A program made the translations under genes and the position numbers. Under the pieces are notes generated by a model, which saw only the letters and a list, made by a program, of their open reading frames with translations, was not told the origin of the DNA and ran no database searches. 64,000 nt of DNA from Eledone cirrhosa (taxonomy: Eukaryota), in assembly GCA_964016885.1 (NCBI GenBank), contig OZ024750.1, positions 38,750,001-38,814,000 of the forward strand, written 5' to 3'. Of this stretch, positions 1-14,600 are shown in pieces; within the stretch, counting starts at the first letter, position 1; each line of letters begins with the position of its first letter.

Positions 1-2050
1 ACAGGACAGTGACTAGTAATGTAGGTACAGGACAGTGTCTAGTAATGTAGGTACTTGACAGTGACTAGTAATGTAGGTACAGGACAGTGTCTAGTAATAT
101 AGGTACTGGACAGTGTCTAGTAGTGTAGGTACAGGACAGTGTCTAGTAATGTAGGTACTGCACAATGTCTAGTAATGTAGGTACAGGACAGTGTCTAGTA
201 ATGTAGGTACTGGACAGTGTCTAGTAATGTAGGTACTGGACAGTGTCTAGTAGTGTAGGTACAGGACAGTGACTAGTAATGTAGGTACAGGACAGTGTCT
301 AGTAATATAGGTACTGGACAGTGTCTAGTAGTGTAGGTACAGGACAGTGACTAGTAATGTAGGTACTTGACAGTGACTAGTAATGTAGGTACAGGACAGT
401 GTCTAGTAATGTAGGTACAGGACAGTGTCTAGTAATGTAGGTACAGGACAGTGACTAGTAGAGTACGTACAGGACAGTGACTAGTAGAGTACGTACAGGA
501 CAGTGTCTAGTAGTGTAGGTACAGGACAGTGTCTAGTAATGTAGGTACAGGTCAGTGTCTAGTAGTGTAGGTACAGGACAGTGTCTAGTAATGTAGTTAC
601 AGGACAGTGTCTAGTAATGTAGGTACAGGACAGTGTCTAGTAATGTAGGTACTGGACAGTGTTTAGTAGTGTAGGTACAGGACAGTGACTAGTAATGTAG
701 GTACAGGACAGTGTCTAGTAGTGTAGGTACAGGACAGTGTCTAGTAATGTAGGTACAGGACAGTGTCTAGTAGTGTAGGTACAGGACAGTGACTAGTAAT
801 ATAGGTACAGGACAGTGTCTAGTAATGTAGGTACTTGACAGTGACTAGTAATGTAGGTACAGGACAGTGTCTAGTAGTGTAGGTACAGGACAGTGTCTAG
901 TAATGTAGGTACAGGACAGTGTCTAGTAGTGTAGGTACAGGACAGTGACTAGTAATGTAGGTACAGGACAGTGTCTAGTAATGTAGGTACTTGACAGTGA
1001 CCAGTAATGTAGGTACAGGACAGTGTCTAGTAATGTAGGTACTTGACAGTGACTAGTAATGTAGGTACTGGACAGTGTCTAGTAGTGTAGGTACAGGACA
1101 GTGTCTAGTAATGTAGGTACAGGACAGTGTCTAGTAGTGTAGGTACAGGACAGTGACTAGTAATGTAGGTACAGGACAGTGTCTAGTAATGTAGGTACTT
1201 GACAGTGACTAGTAATGTAGGTACAGGACAGTGTCTAGTAATCTAGGTACTGGACAGTGTCTAGTAGTGTAGGTACAGGACAGTGTCTAGTAATGTAGGT
1301 ACTGGACAGTGTCTAGTAGTGTAGGTACAGGACAGTGTCTAGTAATGTAGGTACAGGACAGTGTCTAGTAGTGTAGGTACAGGACAGTGTCTAGTAATGT
1401 AGGTACTGGACAGTGTCTAGTAATGTAGGTACAGCACAGTGACTAGTAATGTAGGTACAGGATAGTGTCTAGTAATGTAGGTACAGGACAGTGACTAGTA
1501 ATGTAGGTACAGGACAGTGTCTAGTAATGTAGGTACTTGACAGTGACTAGTAATGTAGGTACAGGACAGTGTCTAGTAATATAGGTACTGGACAGTGTCT
1601 AGTAGTGTAGGTACAGGACAGTGTCTAGTAATGTAGGTACTGGACAGTGTCTAGTAATGTAGGTACAGGACAGTGTCTAGTAATGTAGGTACTGGACAGT
1701 GTCTAGTAATGTAGGTACTGGACAGTGTCTAGTAGTGTAGGTACAGGACAGTGACTAGTAATGTAGGTACAGGACAGTGTCTAGTAATATAGGTACTGGA
1801 CAGTGTCTAGTAGTGTAGGTACAGGACAGTGACTAGTAATGTAGGTACTTGACAGTGACTAGTAATGTAGGTACAGGACAGTGTCTAGTAATGTAGGTAC
1901 AGGACAGTGTCTAGTAATGTAGGTACAGGACAGTGACTAGTAGAGTACGTACAGGACAGTGACTAGTAGAGTACGTACAGGACAGTGTCTAGTAGTGTAG
2001 GTACAGGACAGTGTCTAGTAATATAGGTACAGGACAGTGTCTAGTAGTGT
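1..2050. repeat. Higher-order repeat with 1482-bp (57-monomer) offset: 1-~570 recurs at 1483-~2050
   Basis: The same variant order starts at 1 and at 1483. The TAGAGTACGT monomer doublet occurs at 443 and 1925. Confidence 0.8.
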
Positions 2051-2249
2051 AGGTACTTGACAGTGACTAGTAATGTAGGTACAGGACAGTGTCTTGTAAT
2101 GTAGGTACAGGACAGTGTCTAGTAATGTAGGTGTAGGACAGTGTCTAGTAGTGTAGGTACAGGACAGTGACTAGTAATGTAGGTACAGGACAGTGTCTAG
2201 TAATGTAGGTACTGGACAGTGTCTAGTAATGTAGGTACTGGACAGTGTC

Positions 2250-5200
2250 TAGTAGTGTAGGTACAGGACAGTGTCTAGTAATGTAGGTACTGGACAGTGT
2301 CTAGTAGTGTAGGTACAGGACAGTGTCTAGTAATGTAGGTACTAGACAGTGTCTAGTAATGTAGGTACAGGACAGTGTCTAGTAATGTAGGTACAGGACA
2401 GTGTCTAGTAGTGTAGGTACAGGACAGTGACTAGTAATGTAGGTACAGGACAGTGTCTAGTAATGTAGGTACTTGACATTGACTAGTAATGTAGGTACAG
2501 GACAGTGTCTAGTAGTGTAGGTACAGGACAGTGTCTAGTAATGTAGGTACAGGACAGTGTCTAGTAATGAGGTACAGGACAGTGACTAGTAATGTAGGTA
2601 CAGGACAGTGTCTAGTAATGTAGGTACTTGACAGTGACTAGTAATGTAGGTACAGGACAGTGTCTAGTAATGTAGGTACTTGACAGTGACTAGTAATGTA
2701 GGTACAGGACAGTGTCTAGTAGTGTAGGTACAGGACAGTGTCTAGTAATGTAGGTACAGGACAGTGTCTAGTAGTGTAGGTACAGGACAGTGACTAGTAA
2801 TGTAGGTACAGGACAGTGTCTAGTAATGTAGGTACTTGACAGTGACTAGTAATGTAGGTACAGGACAGTGTCTAGTAATCTAGGTACTGGACAGTGTCTA
2901 GTAGTGTAGGTACAGGACAGTGTCTAGTAATGTAGGTACTGGACAGTGTCTAGTAGTGTAGGTACAGGACAGTGTCTAGTAATGTAGGTACAGGACAGTG
3001 TCTATTAGTGTAGGTACAGGACAGTGTCTAGTAATGTAGGTACTGGACAGTGTCTAGTAATGTAGGTACAGGACAGTGACTAGTAATGTAGGTACAGGAT
3101 AGTGTCTAGTAATGTAGGTACAGGACAGTGTCTAGTAATGTAGGTACTTGACAGTGACTAGTAATGTAGGTACAGGATAGTGTCTAGTAATGTAGGTACA
3201 GGACAGTGTCTAGTAATGTAGGTACTTGACAGTGACTAGTAATGTAGGTACAGGACAGTGTCTAGTAATGTAGGTACTGGACAGTGTCTAGTAGTGTAGG
3301 TACAGGACAGTGTCTAGTAATGTAGGTACTGGACAGTGTCTAGTAGTGTAGGTACAGGACACTGTCTAGTAATGTAGGTACAGGACAGTGTCTAGTAATG
3401 TAGGTACTTGACAGTGACTAGTAATGTAGGTACAGGACAGTGTCTAGTAATGTAGGTACAGGACAGTGTCTAGTAATGTAGGTACAGGACAGTGACTAGT
3501 AGAGTACGTACAGGACAGTGACTAGTAGAGTACGTACAGGACAGTGTCTAGTAGTGTAGGTACAGGACAGTGTCTAGTAATGTAGGTACAGGATAGTGTC
3601 TAGTAGAGTAGGTACAGGACAGTGACTAGCAATGTAGGTACAGGGCAGTGTCTAGTAATGTAGGTACTTGACAGTGACTAGTAATGTAGGTACAGGACAG
3701 TGTCTTGTAATGTAGGTACAGGACAGTGTCTAGTAATGTAGGTATAGGACAGTGTCTAGAAGTGTAGGTACAGGACAGTGTCTAGTAGTATAGGTACTGG
3801 ACAGTGTCTAGTAATGTAGGTACAGGACAGTGTCTAGTAGTGTAGGTACAGGACAGTGACTAGTAATGTAGGTACAGGACAGTGTCTAGTAATGTAGGTA
3901 CTGGACAGTGTCTAGTAATGTAGGTACTGGACAGTGTCTAGTAGTGTAGGTACAGGACAGTGTCTAGTAATGTAGGTACTGGACAGTGTCTAGTAGTGTA
4001 GGTACAGGACAGTGTCTAGTAGTGTAGGTACTGGACAGTGTCTAGTAATGTAGGTACAGGACAGTGTCTAGTAATGTAGGTACAGGACAGTGTCTAGTAG
4101 TGTAGGTACAGGACAGTGACTAGTAATATACGTACAGGACAGTGTCTAGTAATGTAGGTACTTGACAGTGACTAGTAATGTAGGTACAGGACAGTGTCTA
4201 GTAGTGTAGGTACAGGACAGTGTCTAGTAATGTAGGTACAGGACAGTGTCTAGTAGTGTAGGTACAGGACAGTGACTAGTAATGTAGGTACAGGACAGTG
4301 TCTAGTAATGTAGGTACTTGACAGTGACTAGTAATGTAGGTACAGGACAGTGTCTAGTAATGTAGGTACATGACAGTGACTAGTAATGTAGGTACTGGAC
4401 AGTGTCTAGTAGTGTAGGTACAGGACAGTGTCTAGTAATGTAGGTACAGGAGAGTGTCTAGTAGTGTAGGTACAGGACAGTGACTAGTAATGTAGGTACA
4501 GGACAGTGTCTAGTAATGTAGGTACTTGACAGTGACTAGTAATGTAGGTACAGGACAGTGTCTAGTAATCTAGGTACTGGACAGTGTCTAGTAGTGTAGG
4601 TACAGGACAGTGTCTAGTAATGTAGGTACTGGACAGTGTCTAGTAGTGTAGGTACAGGACAGTGTCTAGTAATGTAGGTACAGGACAGTGTCTAGTAGTG
4701 TAGGTACAGGACAGTGTCTAGTAATGTAGGTACTGGACAGTGTCTAGTAATGTAGGTACAGGACAGTGACTAGTAATGTAGGTACAGGATAGTGTCTAGT
4801 AATGTAGGTACAGGACAGTGACTAGTAATGTAGGTACAGGACAGTGTCTAGTAATGTAGGTACTTGACAGTGACTAGTAATGTAGGTACAGGACAGTGTC
4901 TAGTAATATAGGTACTGGACAGTGTCTAGTAGTGTAGGTACAGGACAGTGTCTAGTAATGTAGGTACTGGACAGTATCTAGTAATGTAGGTACAGGACAG
5001 TGTCTAGTAATGTAGGTACTGGACAGTGTCTAGTAATGTAGGTACTGGACAGTGTCTAGTAGTGTAGGTACAGGACAGTGACTAGTAATGTAGGTACAGG
5101 ACAGTGTCTAGTAATATAGGTACTGGACAGTGTCTAGTAGTGTAGGTACAGGACAGTGACTAGTAATGTAGGTACTTGACAGTGACTAGTAATGTAGGTA

Positions 5201-8200
5201 CAGGACAGTGTCTAGTAATGTAGGTACAGGACAGTGTCTAGTAATGTAGGTACAGGACAGTGACTAGTAGAGTACGTACAGGACAGTGACTAGTAGAGTA
5301 CGTACAGGACAGTGTCTAGTAGTGTAGGTACAGGACAGTGTCTAGTAATGTAGGTACAGGACAGTGTCTAGTAGTGTAGGTAGAGGACAGTGACTAGTAA
5401 TGTGGGTACAGGACAGTGTCTAGTAATGTAGGTACTTGACAGTGACTAGTAATGTAGGTACAGGACAGTGTCTTGTAATGTAGGTACAGGACAGTGTCTA
5501 GTAATGTAGGTATAGGACAGTGTCTAGTAGTGTAGGTACAGGACAGTGACTAGTAATGTAGGTACAGGACAGTGTCTAGTAATGTAGGTACAGGACAGTG
5601 TCTAGTAGTGTAGGTACAGGACAGTGACTAGTAATGTAGGTACAGGACAGTGTCTAGTAATGTAGGTACTTGACAGTGACAAGTAATGTAGGTACAGGAC
5701 AGTGTCTAGTAATGTAGGTACTTGACAGTGACTAGTAATGTAGGTACTGGACAGTGTCTAGTAGTGTAGGTACAGGACAGTGTCTAGTAATGTAGGTACA
5801 GGACAGTGTCTAGTAGTGTAGGTACAGGACAGTGACTAGTAATGTAGGTACAGGACAGTGTCTAGTAATCTAGGTACTGGACAGTGTCTAGTAGTGTAGG
5901 TACAGGACAGTGTCTAGTAATGTAGGTACTGGACAGTGTCTAGTAGTGTAGGTACAGGACAGTGTCTAGTAATGTAGGTACAGGACAGTGTCTAGTAGTG
6001 TAGGTACAGGACAGTGTCTAGTAATGTAGGTACTGGTCAGTGTCTAGTAATGTAGGTACAGGACAGTGACTAGTAATGTAGGTACAGGATAGTGTCTAGT
6101 AATATAGGTACTGGACAGTGTCTAGTAGTGTAGGTACAGGACAGTGTCTAGTAATGTAGGTACTGGACAGTGTCTAGTAATGTAGGTACAGGACAGTGTC
6201 TAGTAATGTAGGTACTGGACAGTGTCTAGTAATGTAGGTACTGGACAGTGTCTAGTAGTGTAGGTACAGGACAGTGACTAGTAATGTAGGTACAGGACAG
6301 TGTCTAGTAATATAGGTACTGGACAGTGTCTAGTAGTGTAGGTACAGGACAGTGACTAGTAATGTAGGTACTTGACAGTGACTAGTAATGTAGGTACAGG
6401 ACAGTGTCTAGTAATGTAGGTACAGGACAGTGTCTAGTAATGTAGGTACAGGACAGTGACTAGTAGAGTACGTACAGGACAGTGACTAGTAGAGTACGTA
6501 CAGGACAGTGTCTAGTAGTGTAGGTACAGGACAGTGTCTAGTAATGTAGGTACAGGACAGTGTCTAGTAGTGTAGGTACTTGACAGTGACTAGTAATGTA
6601 GGTACAGGACAGTGTCTTGTAATGTAGGTACAGGACAGTGTCTAGTAATGTAGGTATAGGACAGTGTCTAGTAGTGTAGGTACAGGACAGTGACTAGTAA
6701 TGTAGGTACTGGACAGTGTCTAGTAGTGTAGGTACAGGACAGTGTCTAGTAATGTAGGTACTGGACAGTGTCTAGTAGTGTAGGTACAGGACAGTGTCTA
6801 GTAATGTAGGTACTGGACAGTGTCTAGTAATGTAGGTACAGGACAGTGTCTAGTAATGTAGGTACAGGACAGTGTCTAGTAGTGTAGGTACAGGACAGTG
6901 ACTAGTAATGTAGGTACAGGACAGTGTCTAGTAATGTAGGTACTTGACAGTGACTAGTAATGTAGGTACAGGACAGTGTCTAGTAGTGTAGGTACAGGAC
7001 AGTGTCTAGTAATGTAGGTACAGGACAGTGTCTAGTAATGAGGTACAGGACAGTGACTAGTAATGTAGGTACAGGACAGTGTCTAGTAATGTAGGTACTT
7101 GACAGTGACTAGTAATGTAGGTACAGGACAGTGTCTAGTAATGTAGGTACTTGACAGTGACTAGTAATGTAGGTACAGGACAGTGTCTAGTAGTGTAGGT
7201 ACAGGACAGTGTCTAGTAATGTAGGTACAGGACAGTGTCTAGTAGTGTAGGTACAGGACAGTGACTAGTAATGTAGGTACAGGACAGTGTCTAGTAATGT
7301 AGGTACTTGACAGTGACTAGTAATGTAGGTACAGGACAGTGTCTAGTAATCTAGGTACTGGACAGTGTCTAGTAGTGTAGGTACAGGACAGTGTCTAGTA
7401 ATGTAGGTACTGGACAGTGTCTAGTAGTGTAGGTACAGGACAGTGTCTAGTAATGTAGGTACAGGACAGTGTCTATTAGTGTAGGTACAGGACAGTGTCT
7501 AGTAATGTAGGTACTGGACAGTGTCTAGTAATGTAGGTACAGGACAGTGACTAGTAATGTAGGTACAGGATAGTGTCTAGTAATGTAGGTACAGGACAGT
7601 GTCTAGTAATGTAGGTACTTGACAGTGACTAGTAATGTAGGTACAGGATAGTGTCTAGTAATGTAGGTACAGGACAGTGTCTAGTAATGTAGGTACTTGA
7701 CAGTGACTAGTAATGTAGGTACAGGACAGTGTCTAGTAATGTAGGTACTGGACAGTGTCTAGTAGTGTAGGTACAGGACAGTGTCTAGTAATGTAGGTAC
7801 TGGACAGTGTCTAGTAGTGTAGGTACAGGACACTGTCTAGTAATGTAGGTACAGGACAGTGTCTAGTAATGTAGGTACTTGACAGTGACTAGTAATGTAG
7901 GTACAGGACAGTGTCTAGTAATGTAGGTACAGGACAGTGTCTAGTAATGTAGGTACAGGACAGTGACTAGTAGAGTACGTACAGGACAGTGACTAGTAGA
8001 GTACGTACAGGACAGTGTCTAGTAGTGTAGGTACAGGACAGTGTCTAGTAATGTAATTACAGGACAGTGTCTAGTAGTGTAGGTACAGGACAGTGACTAG
8101 CAATGTAGGTACAGGGCAGTGTCTAGTAATGTAGGTACTTGACAGTGACTAGTAATGTAGGTACAGGACAGTGTCTTGTAATGTAGGTACAGGACAGTGT

Positions 8201-8620
8201 CTAGTAATGTAGGTATAGGACAATGTCTAGTAGTGTAGGTACAGGACAGTGTCTAGTAGTATAGGTACTGGACAGTGTCTAGTAATGTAGGTACAGGACA
8301 GTGTCTAGTAGTGTAGGTACAGGACAGTGACTAGTAATGTAGGTACAGGACAGTGTCTAGTAATGTAGGTACTGGACAGTGTCTAGTAATGTAGGTACTG
8401 GACAGTGTCTAGTAGTGTAGGTACAGGACAGTGTCTAGTAATGTAGGTACTGGACAGTGTCTAGTAGTGTAGGTACAGGACAGTGTCTAGTAGTGTAGGT
8501 ACTGGACAGTGTCTAGTAATGTAGGTACAGGACAGTGTCTAGTAATGTAGGTACAGGACAGTGTCTAGTAGTGTAGGTACAGGACAGTGACTAGTAATAT
8601 AGGTACAGGACAGTGTCTAG
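2250..8620. repeat. Duplicated block with 4471-bp offset (172 monomers - 1 bp): ~2250-4150 vs ~6720-8620
   Basis: Shared rare markers: AATGAGGT deletion (2570/7041), TCTATTAG (3001/7472), GACACTGTC (~3358/~7829), doublet (3484/7955), GACTAGC followed by ACAGGGC (~3630/~8101). Confidence 0.85.
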
Positions 8621-11600
8621 TAATGTAGGTACAGGACAGTGTCTAGTAATGTAGGTACAGGACAGTGTCTAGTAGTGTAGGTACAGGACAGTGTCTAGTA
8701 GTGTAGGTACTGGACAGTGTCTAGTAATGTAGGTACAGGACAGTGTCTAGTAATGTAGGTACAGGACAGTGTCTAGTAGTGTAGGTACAGGACAGTGACT
8801 AGTAATATAGGTACAGGACAGTGTCTAGTAATGTAGGTACAGGACAGTGTCTAGTAATGTAGGTACAGGACAGTGTCTAGTAGTGTAGGTACAGGACAGT
8901 GTCTAGTAGTGTAGGTACTGGACAGTGTCTAGTAATGTAGGTACAGGACAGTGTCTAGTAATGTAGGTACAGGACAGTGTCTAGTAGTGTAGGTACAGGA
9001 CAGTGACTAGTAATATAGGTACAGGACAGTGTCTAGTAATGTAGGTACAGGACAGTGTCTAGTAATGTAGGTACTTGACAGTGACTAGTAATGTAGGTAC
9101 AGGACAGTGTCTAGTAGTGTAGGTACAGGACAGTGTCTAGTAATGTAGGTACAGGACAGTGTCTAGTAGTGTAGGTACAGGACAGTGACTAGTAATGTAG
9201 GTACAGGACAGTGTCTAGTAATGTAGGTACTTGACAGTGACTAGTAATGTAGGTACAGGACAGTGTCTAGTAATGTAGGTACATGACAGTGACTAGTAAT
9301 GTAGGTACTGGACAGTGTCTAGTAGTGTAGGTACAGGACAGTGTCTAGTAATGTAGGTACAGGACAGTGTCTAGTAGTGTAGGTACAGGACAGTGACTAG
9401 TAATGTAGGTACAGGACAGTGTCTAGTAATGTAGGTACTTGACAGTGACTAGTAATGTAGGTACAGGACAGTGTCTAGTAATGTAGGTACTGGACAGTGT
9501 CTAGTAGTGTAGGTACAGGACAGTGTCTAGTAATGTAGGTACAGGACAGTGTCTAGTAGTGTAGGTACAGGACAGTGTCTAGTAATGTAGGTACTGGACA
9601 GTGTCTAGTAATGTAGGTACAGGACAGTGACTAGTAATGTAGGTACAGGATAGTGTCTAGTAATGTAGGTACAGGACAGTGACTAGTAATGTAGGTACAG
9701 GACAGTGTCTAGTAATGTAGGTACTTGACAGTGACTAGTAATGTAGATACAGGACAGTGTCTAGTAATATAGGTACTGGACAGTGTATAGTAGTGTAGGT
9801 ACAGGACAGTGTCTAGTAATGTAGGTACTGGACAGTGTCTAGTAATGTAGGTACAGGACAGTGTCTAGTAATGTAGGTACTGGACAGTGTCTAGTAATGT
9901 AGGTACTGGACAGTGTCTAGTAGTGTAGGTACAGGACAGTGACTAGTAATGTAGGTACAGGACAGTGTCTAGTAATATAGGTACTGGACAGTGTCTAGTA
10001 GTGTAGGTACAGGACAGTGACTAGTAATGTAGGTACTTGACAGTGACTAGTAAGGTAGGTACAGGACAGTGTCTAGTAATGTAGGTACAGGACAGTGTCT
10101 AGTAATGTAGGTACAGGACAGTGACTAGTAGAGTACGTACAGGACAGTGACTAGTAGAGTACGTACAGGACAGTGTCTAGTAGTGTAGGTACAGGACAGT
10201 GTCTAGTAATGTAGGTACAGGACAGTGTCTAGTAGTGTAGGTAGAGGACAGTGACTAGTAATGTGGGTACAGGACAGTGTCTAGTAATGTAGGTACTTGA
10301 CAGTGACTAGTAATGTAGGTACAGGACAGTGTCTTGTAATGTAGGTACAGGACAGTGTCTAGTAATGTAGGTATAGGACAGTGTCTAGTAGTGTAGGTAC
10401 AGGACAGTGACTAGTAATGTAGGTACAGGACAGTGTCTAGTAATGTAGGTACTGGACAGTGTCTAGTAATGTAGGTACTGGACAGTGTCTAGTAGTGTAG
10501 GTACAGGACAGTGTCTAGTAATGTAGGTACTGGACAGTGTCTAGTAGTGTAGGTACAGGACAGTGTCTAGTAATGTAGGTACTGGACAGTGTCTAGTAAT
10601 GTAGGTACAGGACAGTGTCTAGTAATGTAGGTACAGGACAGTGTCTGGTAGTGTAGGTACAGGACAGTGACTAGTAATGTAGGTACAGGACAGTGTCTAG
10701 TAATGTAGGTACTTGACAGTGACTAGTAATGTAGGTACAGGACAGTGTCTAGTAGTGTAGGTACAGGACAGTGTCTAGTAATGTAGGTACAGGACAGTGT
10801 CTAGTAATGTAGGTACAGGACAGTGACTAGTAATGTAGGTACAGGACAGTGTCTAGTAATGTGGGTACTTGACAGTGACTAGTAATGTAGGTACAGGACA
10901 GTGTCTAGTAATGTAGGTACTTCACAGTGACTAGTAATGTAGGTACAGGACAGTGTCTAGTAGTATAGGTACAGGACAGTGTCTAGTAATGTAGGTACAG
11001 GACAGTGTCTAGTAGTGTAGGTACAGGACAGTGACTAGTAATGTAGGTACAGGACAGTGTCTAGTAATGTAGGTACTTGACAGTGACTAGTAATGTAGGT
11101 ACAGGACAGTGTCTAGTAATCTAGGTACTGGACAGTGTCTAGTAGTGTAGGTACAGGACAGTGTCTAGTAATGTAGGTACTGGACAGTGTCTAGTAGTGT
11201 AGGTACAGGACAGTGACTAGTAATGTAGGTACAGGATAGTGTCTAGTAATGTAGGTACAGGACAGTGACTAGTAATGTAGGTACAGGACAGTGTCTAGTA
11301 ATGTAGGTACTTGACAGTGACTAGTAATGTAGGTACAGGACAGTGTCTAGTAATATAGGTACTGGACAGTGTCTAGTAGTGTAGGTACAGGACAGTGTCT
11401 AGTAATGTAGGTACTGGACAGTGTCTAGTAATGTAGGTACAGGACAGTGTCTAGTAATGTAGGTACTGGACAGTGTCTAGTAATGTAGGTACTGGACAGT
11501 GTCTAGTAGTGTAGGTACAGGACAGTGACTAGTAATGTAGGTACAGGACAGTGTCTAGTAATATAGGTACTGGACAGTGTCTACTAGTGTAGGTACAGGA

Positions 11601-14600
11601 CAGTGTCTAGTAATGTAGGTACTAGACAGTGTCTAGTAATGTAGGTACAGGACAGTGTCTAGTAATGTAGGTACTGGACAGTGTCTAGTAATGTAGGTAC
11701 AGGACAGTGTCTAGTAATGTAGGTACTGGACAGTGTCTAGTAATGTAGGTACTGGACAGTGTCTAGTAGTGTAGGTACAGGACAGTGACTAGTAATGTAG
11801 GTACAGGACAGTGTCTAGTAATATAGGTACTGGACAGTGTCTAGTAGTGTAGGTACAGGACAGTGACTAGTAATGTAGGTACTTGACAGTGACTAGTAAT
11901 GTAGGTACAGGACAGTGTCTAGTAATGTAGGTACAGGACAGTGTCTAGTAATGTAGGTACAGGACAGTGACTAGTAGAGTACGTACAGGACAGTGACTAG
12001 TAGAGTACGTACAGGACAGTGTCTAGTAGTGTAGGTACAGGACAGTGTCTAGTAATGTAGGTACAGGACAGTGTCTAGTAGTGTAGGTACTTGACAGTGA
12101 CTAGTAATGTAGGTACAGGACAGTGTCTTGTAATGTAGGTACAGGACAGTGTCTAGTAATGTAGGTATAGGACAGTGTCTAGTAGTGTAGGTACAGGACA
12201 GTGACTAGTAATGTAGGTACTGGACAGTGTCTAGTAGTGTAGGTACAGGACAGTGTCTAGTAATGTAGGTACTGGACAGTGTCTAGTAGTGTAGGTACAG
12301 GACAGTGTCTAGTAATGTAGGTACTGGACAGTGTCTAGTAATGTAGGTACAGGACAGTGTCTAGTAATGTAGGTACAGGACAGTGTCTAGTAGTGTAGGT
12401 ACAGGACAGTGACTAGTAATGTAGGTACAGGACAGTGTCTAGTAATGTAGGTACTTGACAGTGACTAGTAATGTAGGTACAGGACAGTGTCTAGTAGTGT
12501 AGGTACAGGACAGTGTCTAGTAATGTAGGTACAGGACAGTGTCTAGTAATGAGGTACAGGACAGTGACTAGTAATGTAGGTACAGGACAGTGTCTAGTAA
12601 TGTATGTACTTGACAGTGACTAGTAATGTAGGTACAGGACAGTGTCTAGTAATGTAGGTACTTGACAGTGACTAGTAATGTAGGTACAGGACAGTGTCTA
12701 GTAGTGTAGGTACAGGACAGTGTCTAGTAATGTAGGTACAGGACAGTGTCTAGTAGTGTAGGTACAGGACAGTGACTAGTAATGTAGGTACAGGACAGTG
12801 TCTAGTAATGTAGGTACTTGACAGTGACTAGTAATGTAGGTACAGGACAGTGTCTAGTAATCTAGGTACTGGACAGTGTCTAGTAGTGTAGGTACAGGAC
12901 AGTGTCTAGTAATGTAGGTACTGGACAGTGTCTAGTAGTGTAGGTACAGGACAGTGTCTAGTAATGTAGGTACAGGACAGTGTCTATTAGTGTAGGTACA
13001 GGACAGTGTCTAGTAATGTAGGTACTGGACAGTGTCTAGTAATGTAGGTACAGGACAGTGACTAGTAATGTAGGTACAGGATAGTGTCTAGTAATGTAGG
13101 TACAGGACAGTGTCTAGTAATGTAGGTACTTGACAGTGACTAGTAATGTAGGTACAGGATAGTGTCTAGTAATGTAGGTACAGGACAGTGTCTAGTAATG
13201 TAGGTACTTGACAGTGACTAGTAATGTAGGTACAGGACAGTGTCTAGTAATGTAGGTACTGGACAGTGTCTAGTAGTGTAGGTACAGGACAGTGTCTAGT
13301 AATGTAGGTACTGGACAGTGTCTAGTAGTGTAGGTACAGGACACTGTCTAGTAATGTAGGTACAGGACAGTGTCTAGTAATGTAGGTACTTGACAGTGAC
13401 TAGTAATGTAGGTACAGGACAGTGTCTAGTAATGTAGGTACAGGACAGTGTCTAGTAATGTAGGTACAGGACAGTGACTAGTAGAGTACGTACAGGACAG
13501 TGACTAGTAGAGTACGTACAGGACAGTGTCTAGTAGTGTAGGTACAGGACAGTGTCTAGTAATGTAATTACAGGACAGTGTCTAGTAGTGTAGGTACAGG
13601 ACAGTGACTAGCAATGTAGGTACAGGGCAGTGTCTAGTAATGTAGGTACTTGACAGTGACTAGTAATGTAGGTACAGGACAGTGTCTTGTAATGTAGGTA
13701 CAGGACAGTGTCTAGTAATGTAGGTATAGGACAATGTCTAGTAGTGTAGGTACAGGACAGTGTCTAGTAGTATAGGTACTGGACAGTGTCTAGTAATGTA
13801 GGTACAGGACAGTGTCTAGTAGTGTAGGTACAGGACAGTGACTAGTAATGTAGGTACAGGACAGTGTCTAGTAATGTAGGTACTGGACAGTGTCTAGTAA
13901 TGTAGGTACTGGACAGTGTCTAGTAGTGTAGGTACAGGACAGTGTCTAGTAATGTAGGTACTGGACAGTGTCTAGTAGTGTAGGTACAGGACAGTGTCTA
14001 GTAGTGTAGGTACTGGACAGTGTCTAGTAATGTAGGTACAGGACAGTGTCTAGTAATGTAGGTACAGGACAGTGTCTAGTAGTGTAGGTACAGGACAGTG
14101 ACTAGTAATATAGGTACAGGACAGTGTCTAGTAATGTAGGTACAGGACAGTGTCTAGTAATGTAGGTACAGGACAGTGTCTAGTAGTGTAGGTACAGGAC
14201 AGTGTCTAGTAGTGTAGGTACTGGACAGTGTCTAGTAATGTAGGTACAGGACAGTGTCTAGTAATGTAGGTACAGGACAGTGTCTAGTAGTGTAGGTACA
14301 GGACAGTGACTAGTAATATAGGTACAGGACAGTGTCTAGTAATGTAGGTACAGGACAGTGTCTAGTAATGTAGGTACAGGACAGTGTCTAGTAGTGTAGG
14401 TACAGGACAGTGTCTAGTAGTGTAGGTACTGGACAGTGTCTAGTAATGTAGGTACAGGACAGTGTCTAGTAATGTAGGTACAGGACAGTGTCTAGTAGTG
14501 TAGGTACAGGACAGTGACTAGTAATATAGGTACAGGACAGTGTCTAGTAATGTAGGTACAGGACAGTGTCTAGTAATGTAGGTACTTGACAGTGACTAGT

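Noticed and set aside
27-52. Resemblance of GGACAGTGTCT to p53, steroid-receptor or SMAD elements
   Set aside because: The spacing does not fit. It has one extra base relative to RRRCWWGYYY and a 1-bp rather than 3-bp spacer for a steroid response element. The 4-bp GTCT match is uninformative.
53-104. TTGACA (sigma70 -35 consensus) in every TT-type monomer
   Set aside because: There is no -10 box at 16-18 bp (the sequence there is about TACAGG), the TAGTAAT lies only 5 bp away, and there is no downstream gene.
1431-1456. CACAGTG (RAG signal heptamer or Transib-like end) in AGCAC and TTCAC variants
   Set aside because: It is a single substitution from the consensus GACAGTG, and no nonamer lies at 12 or 23 bp.
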